Shown: positions 45,601 to 55,884 of the stretch, one piece after another
Layout: every line of letters begins with the position of its first letter
Position numbering within the stretch: the first letter of the stretch is position 1
DNA from: an uncultured Pseudomonadales bacterium
Lineage (GTDB): Bacteria; Pseudomonadota; Gammaproteobacteria; Pseudomonadales; UBA7434
Length of the DNA: 64,000 bases
Reading direction: 5' to 3'
Assembly: GCA_943787705.1 (NCBI GenBank)
Contig: CALSNL010000001.1
Location: 511,380-575,379, forward strand
The notes under the pieces: generated by a model
Databases searched by the model: none
The model's input: the letters and a program-made list of their open reading frames with translations, nothing else
Told to the model about the DNA's origin: nothing
Position numbers and translations under genes: made by a program

Positions 45601-46270
45601 AAGTCTGCTCTAAGGCTGAGCGAGTGGCTTCTTGGTTTTCAAAACCTGCTGCATGCTTTAACCATTGATCTCGTAATGGCAGCATATTAATAAATAATTT
45701 GTAAAGCCTATCAACGTTATTATCGACATGCAGCAATAGCTGACCCAGCACTTCACTGACATTAGGGTCACTATCAAGACCAGCAAAAAAACCATCGACT
45801 GCCTGCTGGTAAAGAACACTAGGATCATCAACCGGTTTTAATTTAGCGCCTAACTGACTCATTACAGGCAAATCAGAAGCAATGCTTTGACAAAGGCTAT
45901 CAATAGTCTGTAACCGCAAACGTCCAGTGTTATCTAATAAATGCCATTGTTCGCTGTCATTTTTATTTAATACCGCGCGAGCCAACTGCCATGTTAAACG
46001 CTTATGAGGCACCGACGGTTCTTCGGCCTGCAAACCTAACTGCAGAGCACCAAGCAAACGCTCACGCATTTCAGCGGCCGCTTTACGCGTAAAGGTAATC
46101 GCTAATATTTGTTCGGGCTGATCAACCACCGCCAATAATTTTAAAATTCGCTGCGTCAACAATTCTGTTTTACCCGAACCTGCTGGCGCGGTGACACAAA
46201 TAGAACGGCTAATATCTAATGCTTCTTCTCTTGCCGAAGCATCAACAATAATGGGGGCTAGATCACTCAA
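42623..46270 (-). CDS. addA: AddA-like UvrD helicase with C-terminal PD-(D/E)xK nuclease
   Basis: APAGSGKT, TFTRKAAAEM, LVDEFQDT, VGDGMQSIYGFR, MTIHKSKGLEF, LLYVAATRA and IDR..WIIDYK motifs. Confidence 0.85.
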   Translation of the reverse strand: MSDLAPIIVDASAREEALDISRSICVTAPAGSGKTELLTQRILKLLAVVDQPEQILAITFTRKAAAEMRERLLGALQLGLQAEEPSVPHKRLTWQLARAVLNKNDSEQWHLLDNTGRLRLQTIDSLCQSIASDLPVMSQLGAKLKPVDDPSVLYQQAVDGFFAGLDSDPNVSEVLGQLLLHVDNNVDRLYKLFINMLPLRDQWLKHAAGFENQEATRSALEQTLTRWIEQELTSASALMLSLSIESDLCACADFAGSQLQSMPAENAASAIGELAGIKGLPAPSLEQHGQWSAIVELLCTKEGKPRKRVDKRQGFPAKTAAKDKEQQAVFEQRKKAMQSLLAEIQTQPELLTALEIVSSLPITGYQNEHWEILEPLTTCLVHLYAHLALVFGRNGQCDYNEITASALRALSSAEHDSDESSAVRYKWDQSIRHILVDEFQDTAVSQFDLLKALTAEWYQDNLNCTEYPRTLFVVGDGMQSIYGFRAAKVGLFLTAKASGVGDLPLHSVELVQNFRSTPAIVEWNNRHFIHAFPNAIDISRGAVPYSIAKSIGGDEIPAEDDSACRLLVSSDEQGRLSEAQAIVDAITQQQGIAPQNTIAILIRYRTHLDDIIPALNEAGIDWHGVDLDPLQRREVIMDCVSLTRALCNPADDIAWLAILRAPWCGLSLLDLQQLVDDPANKEKTSKPCLNSVVHYLLSYKETNEFQAAISGLSEEGRHRLDLLAKTISTLWLQRGRKTLRQWVEAAWLKLQGPLLAYNSFDGDDRESVVAFFDLFEKLEQDCQSNGSCFSVDLLQKSLKRLYTRSELTVSAEENAVPAVQIMTIHKSKGLEFDTVIIPGLDRVGPSDDKPLLSWNEHLFDDSSTGLVLCPLDAVGLMLGNTYSASTSSKMGSDLYQFLRDENKRVSLFESTRLLYVAATRAKSKLFLLANLAQNDNGELKAPTANALLSRLWGTLADKAELVAVNANPNAIDELDDSTLDSAAYPLLKRISAKSVAAALFDAQQDAEKVSSMDGDVSYLSESQSQEGQSSQLPSMIGTCVHEIFEQLAESEQGLPSVSSIQGQQAIWRCRLLQLGVNSQAIDNALSVVESAVSAVLKDVTGKWVLSSEHRSAKNEWPLSCLSGDVSSPVYHYVIDRSFIDENNVRWIIDYKISAPSELVSADDFIAQQKKVYSPQLANYKEAVTQFDLLSDELVVDTKCALYFPLINRLVELGDS

Positions 46271-49200
46271 GATAACTCCCCCTCGGCTGCGCTAGCTTCA
46301 GAGATCGTTCCAGAACACGTTTCAGAACACGTTTCAGAACAATGCAATCGCATAATAGGCTCATAAATAGGATCATCAACGCGACGGCTCGTTGTATCTA
46401 CAGCGGCATTAGCTGCTGCAATTTCATTAATCGCCAGCGTTAATCTCTGTTGCCAATGCTCCGCTAATGCAGACCAATCATCAATATCGTGATTGCGCTT
46501 GGCTGCTAAATTCTTAATCCCTTGAATATCTAACGCCGACCCTTCATCGGGAGCAATACCTTCATAGGCTAAATCACCGGCTTTTAAACGTGCAAAAGCA
46601 ATAGCCATAGGCGGCTTATTACTTGAATCACTTTCTGCCTGATCATCATCATCATCATCAACATTATCTTTGCCCATAAGGTTATCCATGGCACAGACAT
46701 AAAGCGGTAATTGCGGCTCAGTCACCGCATCATCTAACCAGCCAGACGGTTGAGTCGCCCCGCTTTTATAATCGATTAAAATTAACTGACCATCTTCTAA
46801 GCGATCAATTCTATCAATACGTAAACGCAATGTTTGCCCACCAATAGAAAAGACCAATGCGCGCTCTAGTGATTCAATAATAAAGCCCGGCCTATCGGCC
46901 TCAAGTTTTAGCCAGTTCTCTAAGGTATTTTGTAGTCGTTGCTTTTCAAGCATGCGTAATCGAACTGACAATGGCGCGAATCGACGCGCAAATACATCAT
47001 CCAGTGCTGCGTCTGCAGAATCATTCACCAACTGACTAATTTGCTCAGCCGTACAATCTTGTAAGGCAGCAGAGCCGCCAAGTGACTGCCAAATAACTTC
47101 TAATGCTGCATGTATGGCATTGCCTCGCTCTAAGGCCGACACGCCTAAAACAACTTCTCCTAGTGGCCTAGCACCCAAACGCCACTTAAGATAAGTTTTA
47201 AGTGGATTAACATTGTAATCTTTAAGCATTGCCGAACCGCCGACTAAAACGTGATCTTCGCTCTCACCCTCACTCTCACTCTCACTCGCATTATCAGCAT
47301 TAGCAGTTAATGGCTTGCCGAAATGATCCGCTATCATTTCAAAGCTCTCGTGCGCATCTAACTCTGTAGTATCTAACTCTGTAGTATCTAACTCTGTAGT
47401 ATCTTTGCTCATTGATGAAGTGGCATCAATCTCTTGTAAATGCGCATCCCGAATAAAATCAACATCAACGTCTTGAGCTAAATTATTGGCTAGCCCATCA
47501 ACGAGTGGAGAAATTTCACAGGCTATATCATCAACCGACAAGGGATAGCTCACAACAACTTCGCTAGCACTGGACAAATAACCGATAGTGAGTTGCTTAG
47601 CATACTCAAACTCACGATCAACAGAAGAAGAAGGCATTGAATATTCGAGCTGCAATGCTCGGGGAATTAATGGATGCGCCTGCGGCATTGCCGGCCATTG
47701 CCGTTCAGACATTCCCATTAACCAGATATGATCAAAAGTCTGACCACTTGCCTCTAAGCCACCTAACACTTGAACATGTTTTGGCGCTCCAGGAAGATGA
47801 ACCGTTTCTCTATGAAAGACTTGTTGCTGGCAATGGCGACTAAACAGCTGCGCAGCTTTCGATAAAGAAATCTCGCCTACTACTGCATCAAAACTAGAAA
47901 AGCTCTCACATTGCGATTCAAAGCGTGTTAACTGCTGATATTCATCACTGTTTAAGGTGCGACTACCCGGCCATAAAAAGAAACTTAATATTTTCCGAAA
48001 CACGGGCAACCACTGTGAAGCCAGTGCCTGCTTAGATTGATTTTGTCCTCGACCACTCTGCCAACTAATAAAATATTGCGCGGCAGCTTCTATACCACTG
48101 GCTAAATCATCGTTTAAAGCGGTTGAATCACTAGCGGCTTGTTTATTCACTGCATCAGTCTGACTGGTTTTTTTATTACCCGAGCGCCAATTTAATAATC
48201 GGCTGATTTGAGACAATGTGTACTCTCGCTCGCCGGCATCATGCATTTTATTTATCAAGTTACGGCGAACTAAAACATCACTTTGATCATCCCCTATATA
48301 CGGAGAGCTCAAAAGCGCTAGCCATTGCTCTATGGGTAACGGACGACTAATGGCGTCAATCACCGACAAGCCCACTTTAACAACGCTGCTTTCAGAGAGC
48401 GGAATACCTGCCGACATATTAAAGCCGGTTTGCAAAAAAGGCATCGCTGTTTTTATGCTGCTAGGCTCAAAGGCTTCTAAAAAACGTCGCTCCACGAGCA
48501 TACGATTTTGAGCGAGGTTTTGAATCACTACCGCTATACGAGCAGCTGGATTTTTATCTTGTAATTGTTTTGACCAATAAGCCGCCGCTTTCACTTCTTG
48601 GTCAAAATCATTACAACCATTAAACTGAATGCTTTTGCAGCCTACACTTAAAAGAATGCTTTCAATATTGTTACTACCCGCATAATGTTCAACAATCGCT
48701 TGCTGCAAAGGCGTGGGTGATTGAAAACCAACCATAACCACAGGGCCTGAGTGAGCATTATCTAAAGACAGTAATTGAGACTGGGCATCGACTAAAGCAA
48801 TATGTTCACTGCCTTCTAACAAGGCTTCATAGTGTTTAATCCAATCATAAAAGGCACGGCTATCAACCGCACTATTAAACTCAAATGCATGCTGATCTAC
48901 ATCAACCAAGCCCTGCTTTAATAATTGATAACCTTGCTGAGCTTGTGCGGCAGCAGCGGCTGGAGACATTAAAGTCTGAGCAATAGGAGACTGCTCTAAA
49001 GCGCGCTCCCAATAAAGCACATCTTGTCCGGCTGTTAAAATTAACCTTGGTGCAGTTTTTCCAGACAAAATCGCAGCGGTCCATTGCGCGGTGGTCCATG
49101 CATCGAAAGGAATCAGTTCTGGGCTCTGCCATACGCCCTTAGCTGCGTCTTTAAGCTACGTCTTTAACTACGCCCCGACGCTCAAGCATTATGTCATCAA

Positions 49201-49324
49201 GCAGTTCGCGTAAGTAAGCGGCAAGTCGGGTATTAGGAGTGAGGAAAAGCGCACCACGATCTAAGGCATTTTCTAATTGCGTGGCGACATCCGAATCGAG
49301 CAAGGAGATAATATTATTTGGCAT
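46267..49324 (-). CDS. addB: AddB-like inactive-helicase/PD-(D/E)xK nuclease subunit; +1 frameshift at ~49153 (main ORF 46267..49068)
   Basis: The N-terminal segment from ATG 49324 has FLTPNTRLA. The C-terminus has ERGNAIHAALE, LRIDRIDRL, LIDYKSG and PQLPLY. Overlaps the addA start. Confidence 0.8.
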
Positions 49325-49367
49325 TAGTATTTAAAATAACAAAAGGTGCTTGGGTTTATAGCCATCG

Positions 49368-49985
49368 CTACCATTTTTCAATGACGTCGACATGAAAGAA
49401 CTGCTCACCGGAATGGAGAATAACGCCGGTTTCGGTAATCACTCGAAGCGTTAAACCGCGAGAGACCATTTGTCCCTCTCGCATGCGTCGCCCATTAATA
49501 ATAATCATACGCTCTTCATGATCATTACTAAAAACATGAAAGGAGAATTCAAGTTCGGGAATGGTTGATTGGTAATCTGCGGGTAATTGCCATAGCTCTT
49601 TGATTTGGCTATTGGGCGGCAACTCATCATCAGATAAATAACGATTGAAATTAGCGGCTTCATTAACCTTATTAGGCGTTGGCGACAAAACTTCTGATGG
49701 TCTCGCGCCTGCAGCTTCAACATCGGCTTTATCACTCTGGACCGCTTGCGAACCTTGTAGCATCTCAACTAAACGCGGTGATAGTTGCGGAGCTACTTGT
49801 AACCATAGCCACCATGCCGCCGCGACAATAATTACTATAGCGACAATTAATAACAGCAAACGATTACCGGTACTCGACTCTGCCTGCGTAACAGGCATGC
49901 TATCTTGCAAGCTATGCACATCGGGTTGCCGACTTCGCTGCCGCTCGTTTTCAGATTTTTTTATGGCATCTAATATAAAGGACAT
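49368..49985 (-). CDS. gspB: T2SS assembly factor GspB/ExeB
   Basis: MSFILDAIKKSENER N-terminus, one TM helix and C-terminal FSFHVFS..ING..MREG domain. Confidence 0.85.
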   Translation of the reverse strand: MSFILDAIKKSENERQRSRQPDVHSLQDSMPVTQAESSTGNRLLLLIVAIVIIVAAAWWLWLQVAPQLSPRLVEMLQGSQAVQSDKADVEAAGARPSEVLSPTPNKVNEAANFNRYLSDDELPPNSQIKELWQLPADYQSTIPELEFSFHVFSNDHEERMIIINGRRMREGQMVSRGLTLRVITETGVILHSGEQFFHVDVIEKW

Positions 49986-49988
49986 CGC

Positions 49989-51017
49989 TTATCCTACCAA
50001 CATTGAAGATAAAGACGACATAACAGCCATGGTCTTACCACGGCTTTGCTGAAAAATAGTGAGAACCGACTCTAAAAAATCAGTTGAAAACATGACAAAT
50101 GCCAGGCCGATCAAGAGTAATAAAATACCGAGCCTAGCCACCCAAGCCATATTGGAATCTGAAATATTAATAGACAAACTCGACGAACGTTGAGCTGCTG
50201 CCCGACTGCCATCACGCCCCAACACTTCTTTGCATGCGTCGAGCACAATAGGATACTCAATTTCAATACTGTCTTTGGTATAAGCGCCCAGCATTGAGCG
50301 ATCACAAATCACATTGACTAAACGTGGTACGCCACGACTCTCACTATGAATATGTTTAAGCGCCGCCCGCGAGAATAATTCACCACGAAAACCAGCTATA
50401 TGTAATCGATGCTTAATATAGGCGGTCGTCTCTTCAAAGCTTAATGGCTGCAGATGGAATCTAGCGGTCACTCGCTGCGCGAGCTGGCGTAAATTGTCTT
50501 GGGCTAATTTATCATTAAGCTCTGGCTGTCCTAATAGAATCAACTGCAGTAATTTTTTTTCACTGGTTTCAAGATTAGTTAATAAACGCAACTGCTCAAG
50601 TACTTCATCGGCAAGATTTTGCGCTTCATCAATAATCAAAATAGTGTTACGGCCAGAGGCATAACTTTCTAAAAGAAACTGGTTTAGATTATCAACTAAC
50701 ACTTTAATAGAGCTGTTTTCGGCATAAGCAATACCTAGCTCATCGCAAATAGACTGCAATAACTCATTCACTGATAAACGCGGATTAACTATAAATGCGA
50801 TATCCGCATTATCAGGCAGCTGATTCAATAAACTTCGGCATATGGTCGTCTTGCCAGTACCAATGTCACCTGTCAATAAAATAAAACCGCCTTCGTCACC
50901 GATACCAAACAACAAATGCGCCAACGCCTCACGGTGCTGGTCGGTCATATAAAGATACCGAGGATCGGGAGCTATTGAAAACGGCTTTTCATGAAGCCCA
51001 AAAAAATTCTGGTACAT
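49989..51017 (-). CDS. gspA: ExeA/GspA AAA ATPase, lacking the periplasmic peptidoglycan-binding region
   Basis: MYQNFFGL.EKPFSIAPDP, GDIGTGKT, IIDEAQNL and GVPRLVN motifs; ends shortly after the TM helix. Confidence 0.85.
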   Translation of the reverse strand: MYQNFFGLHEKPFSIAPDPRYLYMTDQHREALAHLLFGIGDEGGFILLTGDIGTGKTTICRSLLNQLPDNADIAFIVNPRLSVNELLQSICDELGIAYAENSSIKVLVDNLNQFLLESYASGRNTILIIDEAQNLADEVLEQLRLLTNLETSEKKLLQLILLGQPELNDKLAQDNLRQLAQRVTARFHLQPLSFEETTAYIKHRLHIAGFRGELFSRAALKHIHSESRGVPRLVNVICDRSMLGAYTKDSIEIEYPIVLDACKEVLGRDGSRAAAQRSSSLSINISDSNMAWVARLGILLLLIGLAFVMFSTDFLESVLTIFQQSRGKTMAVMSSLSSMLVG

Positions 51018-51020
51018 GCT

Positions 51021-51563
51021 TTAACCTTGTAACGTGAGGCGAACACTGACATAGCCGGGACTGGCACTATCCAATGAAATATCAACAGCACTCACACCTT
51101 TTTCAGATTCAAGCTCAGTAAGCCAGCTGACCAGGTCATTAAATTTTACTTGCTCTAAGCGCAACCTTACTCGATCACCATCTAAAGGCTCAAAGCGACT
51201 AAAATTAAGATTGTGTTTTTTGGCTGTTGAAGAGGCGATACTTAGCAAAGAGCCTTCACGCTCGCTACTCGTGTCAATCAGCATTTCTTTAACTATCGGC
51301 TCTTGGGCAACCATCCACTCATAACTTTCTAGTTGACGCTCATAGGACTGACTTGCAGACGTCAAATAACCCAATGCGGGTGACAAAATCATTTTGAAGA
51401 AAAGGTAAGATAATAAAAACAGCACTAAAACATTTAATGATAATCGGTCGCGCTCAGTCAGAGCATGATATTTCTGCTCTAGCTCTTGAAAGCCTTTATT
51501 AGCTCTAATGCGCCCTACTAACTGATCAACTTCATCACTAAGCCGCTGTTTTAATTCACTCAT
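51021..51563 (-). CDS. gspM: T2SS protein M
   Basis: LTERDR + TM helix; VRLRLEQVKFNDLVSWL; position after gspL. Confidence 0.85.
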   Translation of the reverse strand: MSELKQRLSDEVDQLVGRIRANKGFQELEQKYHALTERDRLSLNVLVLFLLSYLFFKMILSPALGYLTSASQSYERQLESYEWMVAQEPIVKEMLIDTSSEREGSLLSIASSTAKKHNLNFSRFEPLDGDRVRLRLEQVKFNDLVSWLTELESEKGVSAVDISLDSASPGYVSVRLTLQG

Positions 51564-51630
51564 GGGATTTACCTAGTATTTCTTGTCTATTCACTTCAAT
51601 TAACAAATGACTTTAAAAAACCGCTATCAA

Positions 51631-53115
51631 TTAGCGACTAATTTGCATACGCCCATTCACCATTTCTTGATCTTGATTGGCCGAAAGAATATCAACGGTC
51701 AAAGACTCCGCTGTTAATTGCTCTTTGTAGGATTCAAGAATATCAATACTGTTAACTCGCAAATCAATAATAATATGACCGCGTTGGTTATCGTAACGTA
51801 ACTGCCCAATCGTAGATGGCACTTCTGTTTCTAAATTGGATAAAGCACGCGAAGCCGCATCAAGTAATGGAAGGAAATCTGATGTGGTGCCGCCCATGGT
51901 TTTACCTGCAAGCTGACGCTGCATTTGCTTCACTGGGTCAATCACTTTTTTCTGCTTAGGAAAAACACTGCGATAAATGGTCACGCTATCATCAAAGTAT
52001 TGATCAGCTTTTACATTAAGATAAAAACCACCCGCCATTGTCACGACTAAAAACACGGCAACACAGGCAGAAATAATGGCTCCGGATTTACGGATAAACT
52101 TTCGATTAGCCGCATTAGCACTAATCGGACTAAACTCACCTTGCAATAAGTTCAGCGTCGTTTCGACAGTATGCACCGCATTAACAGCCAACAAATCGGA
52201 GCAAGACTCTGTATAGACAACCTCACGAGTATCAATATTTTCTGAACGGATAAAATCACCTAGCTCAGTTTTGAATTCTGCAGGCGTAATAATGTGCATA
52301 GGATCCAGAGATTCATCTAATAAACCATCTAATGAATCACCATCTTGCTTGGCGGATAATTCAGAATCAGCGTTTGAATCTGAACTGACATTTAAAGATT
52401 TATCTGCCTCAGCTAATAGCAATGCAATACTATTGAGCGATATAGAGGAATGCGTATCGACAGAAGTCTGTTCATTATCGCTATCAACGAATGCTGCAAG
52501 ATTATCAGACTCATCTTTATTATCGGCTTGAACCAAGCTAGATGGTGTGCTGGCAGAGATAGCTAACTGAATAACCGACTTGGCCGTATTTTCATCTAAT
52601 CGCATGCCGCTGTAATCGGAATCTCTGAATAAGACCTTATTATCCTCAAACAATAGCTGCCAATCTCCAGCTTTTTGGGGGACACAAAGCACATCAACAA
52701 ATAAATAATCAGGCAATATTTTTTGAGTTTCTAACGCGCTTAACCATGACTCCAGCAACTCTCGCTTAACTGCCGCAATATGTACTGTCTCGCTGGCGTG
52801 ATAAACTGGCGTTGCTAGGTGCATGCTTTCTATAGGATCTATGATTTGCTCTTCAACAACAAAGCCTAACACTTGCTTTAGATGGCGATGCTGCTTGATA
52901 GGTACATTTGTAGCGGTAAGCAATACTGCACTACTAGGAACAATTAATATATTACGACGCAGCGCTTTGGGTTCAGGAATTTGCTTTGCAACATCTTCTA
53001 GTAAGCAATTACCCGAAGCATGAATTCGACCATCAGCCGATAACACAGACCAAACCACAGGACTAAACTCATGGATATCGACTTGTTTAAAGCGTAAACA
53101 TAAAAAATCTGACAT
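51631..53115 (-). CDS. gspL: T2SS protein L
   Basis: Actin-like cytoplasmic domain (VEEQIIDPIESMH), LNLLQGEF before the TM helix, periplasmic IYRSVFP. Confidence 0.85.
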   Translation of the reverse strand: MSDFLCLRFKQVDIHEFSPVVWSVLSADGRIHASGNCLLEDVAKQIPEPKALRRNILIVPSSAVLLTATNVPIKQHRHLKQVLGFVVEEQIIDPIESMHLATPVYHASETVHIAAVKRELLESWLSALETQKILPDYLFVDVLCVPQKAGDWQLLFEDNKVLFRDSDYSGMRLDENTAKSVIQLAISASTPSSLVQADNKDESDNLAAFVDSDNEQTSVDTHSSISLNSIALLLAEADKSLNVSSDSNADSELSAKQDGDSLDGLLDESLDPMHIITPAEFKTELGDFIRSENIDTREVVYTESCSDLLAVNAVHTVETTLNLLQGEFSPISANAANRKFIRKSGAIISACVAVFLVVTMAGGFYLNVKADQYFDDSVTIYRSVFPKQKKVIDPVKQMQRQLAGKTMGGTTSDFLPLLDAASRALSNLETEVPSTIGQLRYDNQRGHIIIDLRVNSIDILESYKEQLTAESLTVDILSANQDQEMVNGRMQISR

Positions 53116-53437
53116 ATATTCTTTACTATTTAGTGAAAAATGTTTTTTTAATTTGCATGTATATATCTAAACTGACACACAAACCAATTTATTAATATTG
53201 ATCAGCAACTGACCGTCTATTTGCTGTCTATAAAAAAGACTCTGCTTAAGAGCCTAAGTCACTGCTTGCTCATCCTTTATAAACAGGCCACAAGCATAGC
53301 ATTTATTAATAGGCAGACCGACCTTAACAAGCATTAGAAAGCCAGCCCGAGGCTATTTATTTCAAGTAATATTGAGATTACAGCCTAGATCCCGCCCACT
53401 CTAAAAGACATCACAGAGCCTTAGGCATAACTAAGGC

Positions 53438-54577
53438 CTAAGAACCTGAAGCAGCTTCAATAAAACGATAAGAATTATCCGTCTCTCGTCGTGATAACAC
53501 AATGAATTTCGCATCTCCGCCATAACCCTTTTGACGTACAATGGTCGAAAGATAAGCAATACTGCCAGCATAGTTAGCTCGAATATTAATTTCAAAATAT
53601 TCGCTGGTGTGAGAATAAGCCGCTAATAATGATGATACCGATGACGCTTGATTTTTTGTCCCTGGATTCAATTGGCTTGACGCTTGTAAATTGGGAAGCG
53701 AAACACGATTAGAGAAATCGCTCATACTCGTAAAAGGTTCTTTTCGTGTCCCTATAATATCCAAGGCATTGGAGTAACCGATGCCTTCATTACTGCCGGA
53801 TTTATTACCGATAGAAGCAACCTGAAGCGTTGCAAGGGCGTAAACAGTAGCGGTATTAACATTAATCGGCAAAATACCGTAAGTCTTAACCGCTGAAATA
53901 TGCGGCAACAAAACAGCCATAACATCAGCATCAAAACCATTAATCAAGCGCAGCTCTGAGACATCAGTTAACCGCTGATTAGCCACTAAGTAGCCTGGCT
54001 CCTGATTGATATAAGCCTCGCCATCACTAGAAAAGCCGTCATCTCTATCATCAGCGTCTAACCAATCCCTTAGATTATCGGCAAGCGCCTCGTCAAGGTC
54101 TAACTCAACCAACAGACCGCGAAAACGCTCAAGCTCATAAAGACTCACTTTATTATTGTATTGCAATAAGTTGTTAATATTATAAAAACGATTTATATCG
54201 ACGATGCTCACTAGCACAGAACCGATATTATCGATTTCAAATGGCATGGGGCCTTGAGCCCAGAACTCATCGAGATGATCACCTTGTGGTGCGTCTTTAA
54301 TGTCTTGTTTAATATTTTCTTGCAGAGCTAATATCGCTAAATCTTCTGCGGCAAGCGCATAATAATAAGCCTGCGTTCGATTAATCATGCCGGTTGTGCG
54401 CTGCACATCAAGCACTTTGCCGATAATGATTTTTGAGGTGATTAATGTCGCAATAGCAAAGACGAGCAATACGGTTATAAGCGCCACACCCGCTTGCTTG
54501 CCTCGACCACCCGCCTCTTTAAAGCGAGATGGTTGTCGATAATAAGAAGTTTTTATAGCATTTTTTTTATATAACAT
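53438..54577 (-). CDS. gspK: T2SS minor pseudopilin K
   Basis: QAG-VALITVLL class III signal; NINNL, DWLDAD, SELRLI.G and INVNTA motifs. Confidence 0.9.
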   Translation of the reverse strand: MLYKKNAIKTSYYRQPSRFKEAGGRGKQAGVALITVLLVFAIATLITSKIIIGKVLDVQRTTGMINRTQAYYYALAAEDLAILALQENIKQDIKDAPQGDHLDEFWAQGPMPFEIDNIGSVLVSIVDINRFYNINNLLQYNNKVSLYELERFRGLLVELDLDEALADNLRDWLDADDRDDGFSSDGEAYINQEPGYLVANQRLTDVSELRLINGFDADVMAVLLPHISAVKTYGILPINVNTATVYALATLQVASIGNKSGSNEGIGYSNALDIIGTRKEPFTSMSDFSNRVSLPNLQASSQLNPGTKNQASSVSSLLAAYSHTSEYFEINIRANYAGSIAYLSTIVRQKGYGGDAKFIVLSRRETDNSYRFIEAASGS

Positions 54578-54580
54578 GGG

Positions 54581-55345
54581 TTATAACACTCTAAAGATGT
54601 GCGTCATCACATCTTCATTTTCAAAAACAATACTGACTTCTACAGCTAGGGGCGCATCGTAAGCCGAGACAGCTACTGATTCGAATGTTGGCACAGGAAC
54701 ATCTCCCCACTCTTTCGTCGCTTGATCCCAAAAACGTGTACGAAAATCAACAACGCCTCCAATCAAAACTTGCTGTTGTGGCTCGCTATCTTCTAAGCGA
54801 TCTAACACCTGCCAATACAAACGAATTAAATAAAGACGCTCATCATTATAGAATTCACTATCAGAATCCTTAGCTTCGGGATGGTAATCGAGTAAGTAGG
54901 CGACACGCTGCAAGTCACTACGTGGCCACTGTAGAGGGTTCGACCAACCACCACGTGTAAACTCAATAAGATAATCACCGGTAGCAAATAAAAGCGGCTC
55001 AAGCTGATTACCCTGCCCCTGCCAAACTGGCCTATTCACCATTTGACGAAAATCAGAAGCAAGCTGCCAGCTCACTCGCTGCACTCGAGCTACGGCGGCC
55101 GACTTGCGCTGATTAACTTCTTGCGCAATAACGACCTGGTCTAAAATCTGATAAGCAGCAAGACTTATCCACGCGAAGATAAACATCGCCACTAACGCTT
55201 CTATTAAGGTAAACCCCTTATGGCGTTTAATCGTCGGAGCTATAGCGCTAGGCTTTATAGCTTTAGTCTCTAGCACTTTTGTCTCTAGAGCATGAGTCTC
55301 TAGAACGACAGAAATTGGAAATAAATGATTAGCCAAGGACTTCAA
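54581..55345 (-). CDS. gspJ: T2SS minor pseudopilin J
   Basis: KG-FTLIEALVAM; FTRGGWSNP..RSDLQRVAY. Confidence 0.9.
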   Translation of the reverse strand: MKSLANHLFPISVVLETHALETKVLETKAIKPSAIAPTIKRHKGFTLIEALVAMFIFAWISLAAYQILDQVVIAQEVNQRKSAAVARVQRVSWQLASDFRQMVNRPVWQGQGNQLEPLLFATGDYLIEFTRGGWSNPLQWPRSDLQRVAYLLDYHPEAKDSDSEFYNDERLYLIRLYWQVLDRLEDSEPQQQVLIGGVVDFRTRFWDQATKEWGDVPVPTFESVAVSAYDAPLAVEVSIVFENEDVMTHIFRVL

Positions 55346-55749
55346 AAAATGTCCCCTCTAAAGCCGCTTAATAAAATGGTTGCCGATTGATTGCTAGCCA
55401 TGCGTCGTTCATTAGGCCGAACCATAACATCAATACGACGCATTTTTTCATTGGGTGTTTCACTGACAATTAACTCAATACGCCACTCTCGACCGGCATG
55501 AGTAATCGTTTCTTCTTCGTTAGTCGTATCAGGAAAGTCTTTTTGAAGTAACGCGGTATTTAATGCATATTCAGCAATATACAAGGCTTCGGCCTTATCG
55601 CTTATGGTGGCTAAATCACGTGTTGCCTGACCTATATTTCCAAGCAAGGCCACTCCCGAAAGCGCCAGCACGGCCACTGCCACCATAATTTCTATTAGCG
55701 TAAAACCACTATTTTTTGAATTCGCTTTTAATTTCGTTTTAGCTTTCAC
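55342..55749 (-). CDS. gspI: T2SS minor pseudopilin I
   Basis: SG-FTLIEIMVAV; AGREW and MRRIDV motifs. Confidence 0.88.
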   Translation of the reverse strand: MKAKTKLKANSKNSGFTLIEIMVAVAVLALSGVALLGNIGQATRDLATISDKAEALYIAEYALNTALLQKDFPDTTNEEETITHAGREWRIELIVSETPNEKMRRIDVMVRPNERRMASNQSATILLSGFRGDIF

Positions 55750-55884
55750 TCAACATTACTTCCGACTTCAATTCTAGCTTAGATTCTAGCTTCAGCGTTT
55801 ACGTCAACTTGAGGGTCGCATTCACCTTCAAACTATTTATTACTCAACAAAAGCTAGTATTACTGGGCTTCTAAATTTAGCGTA

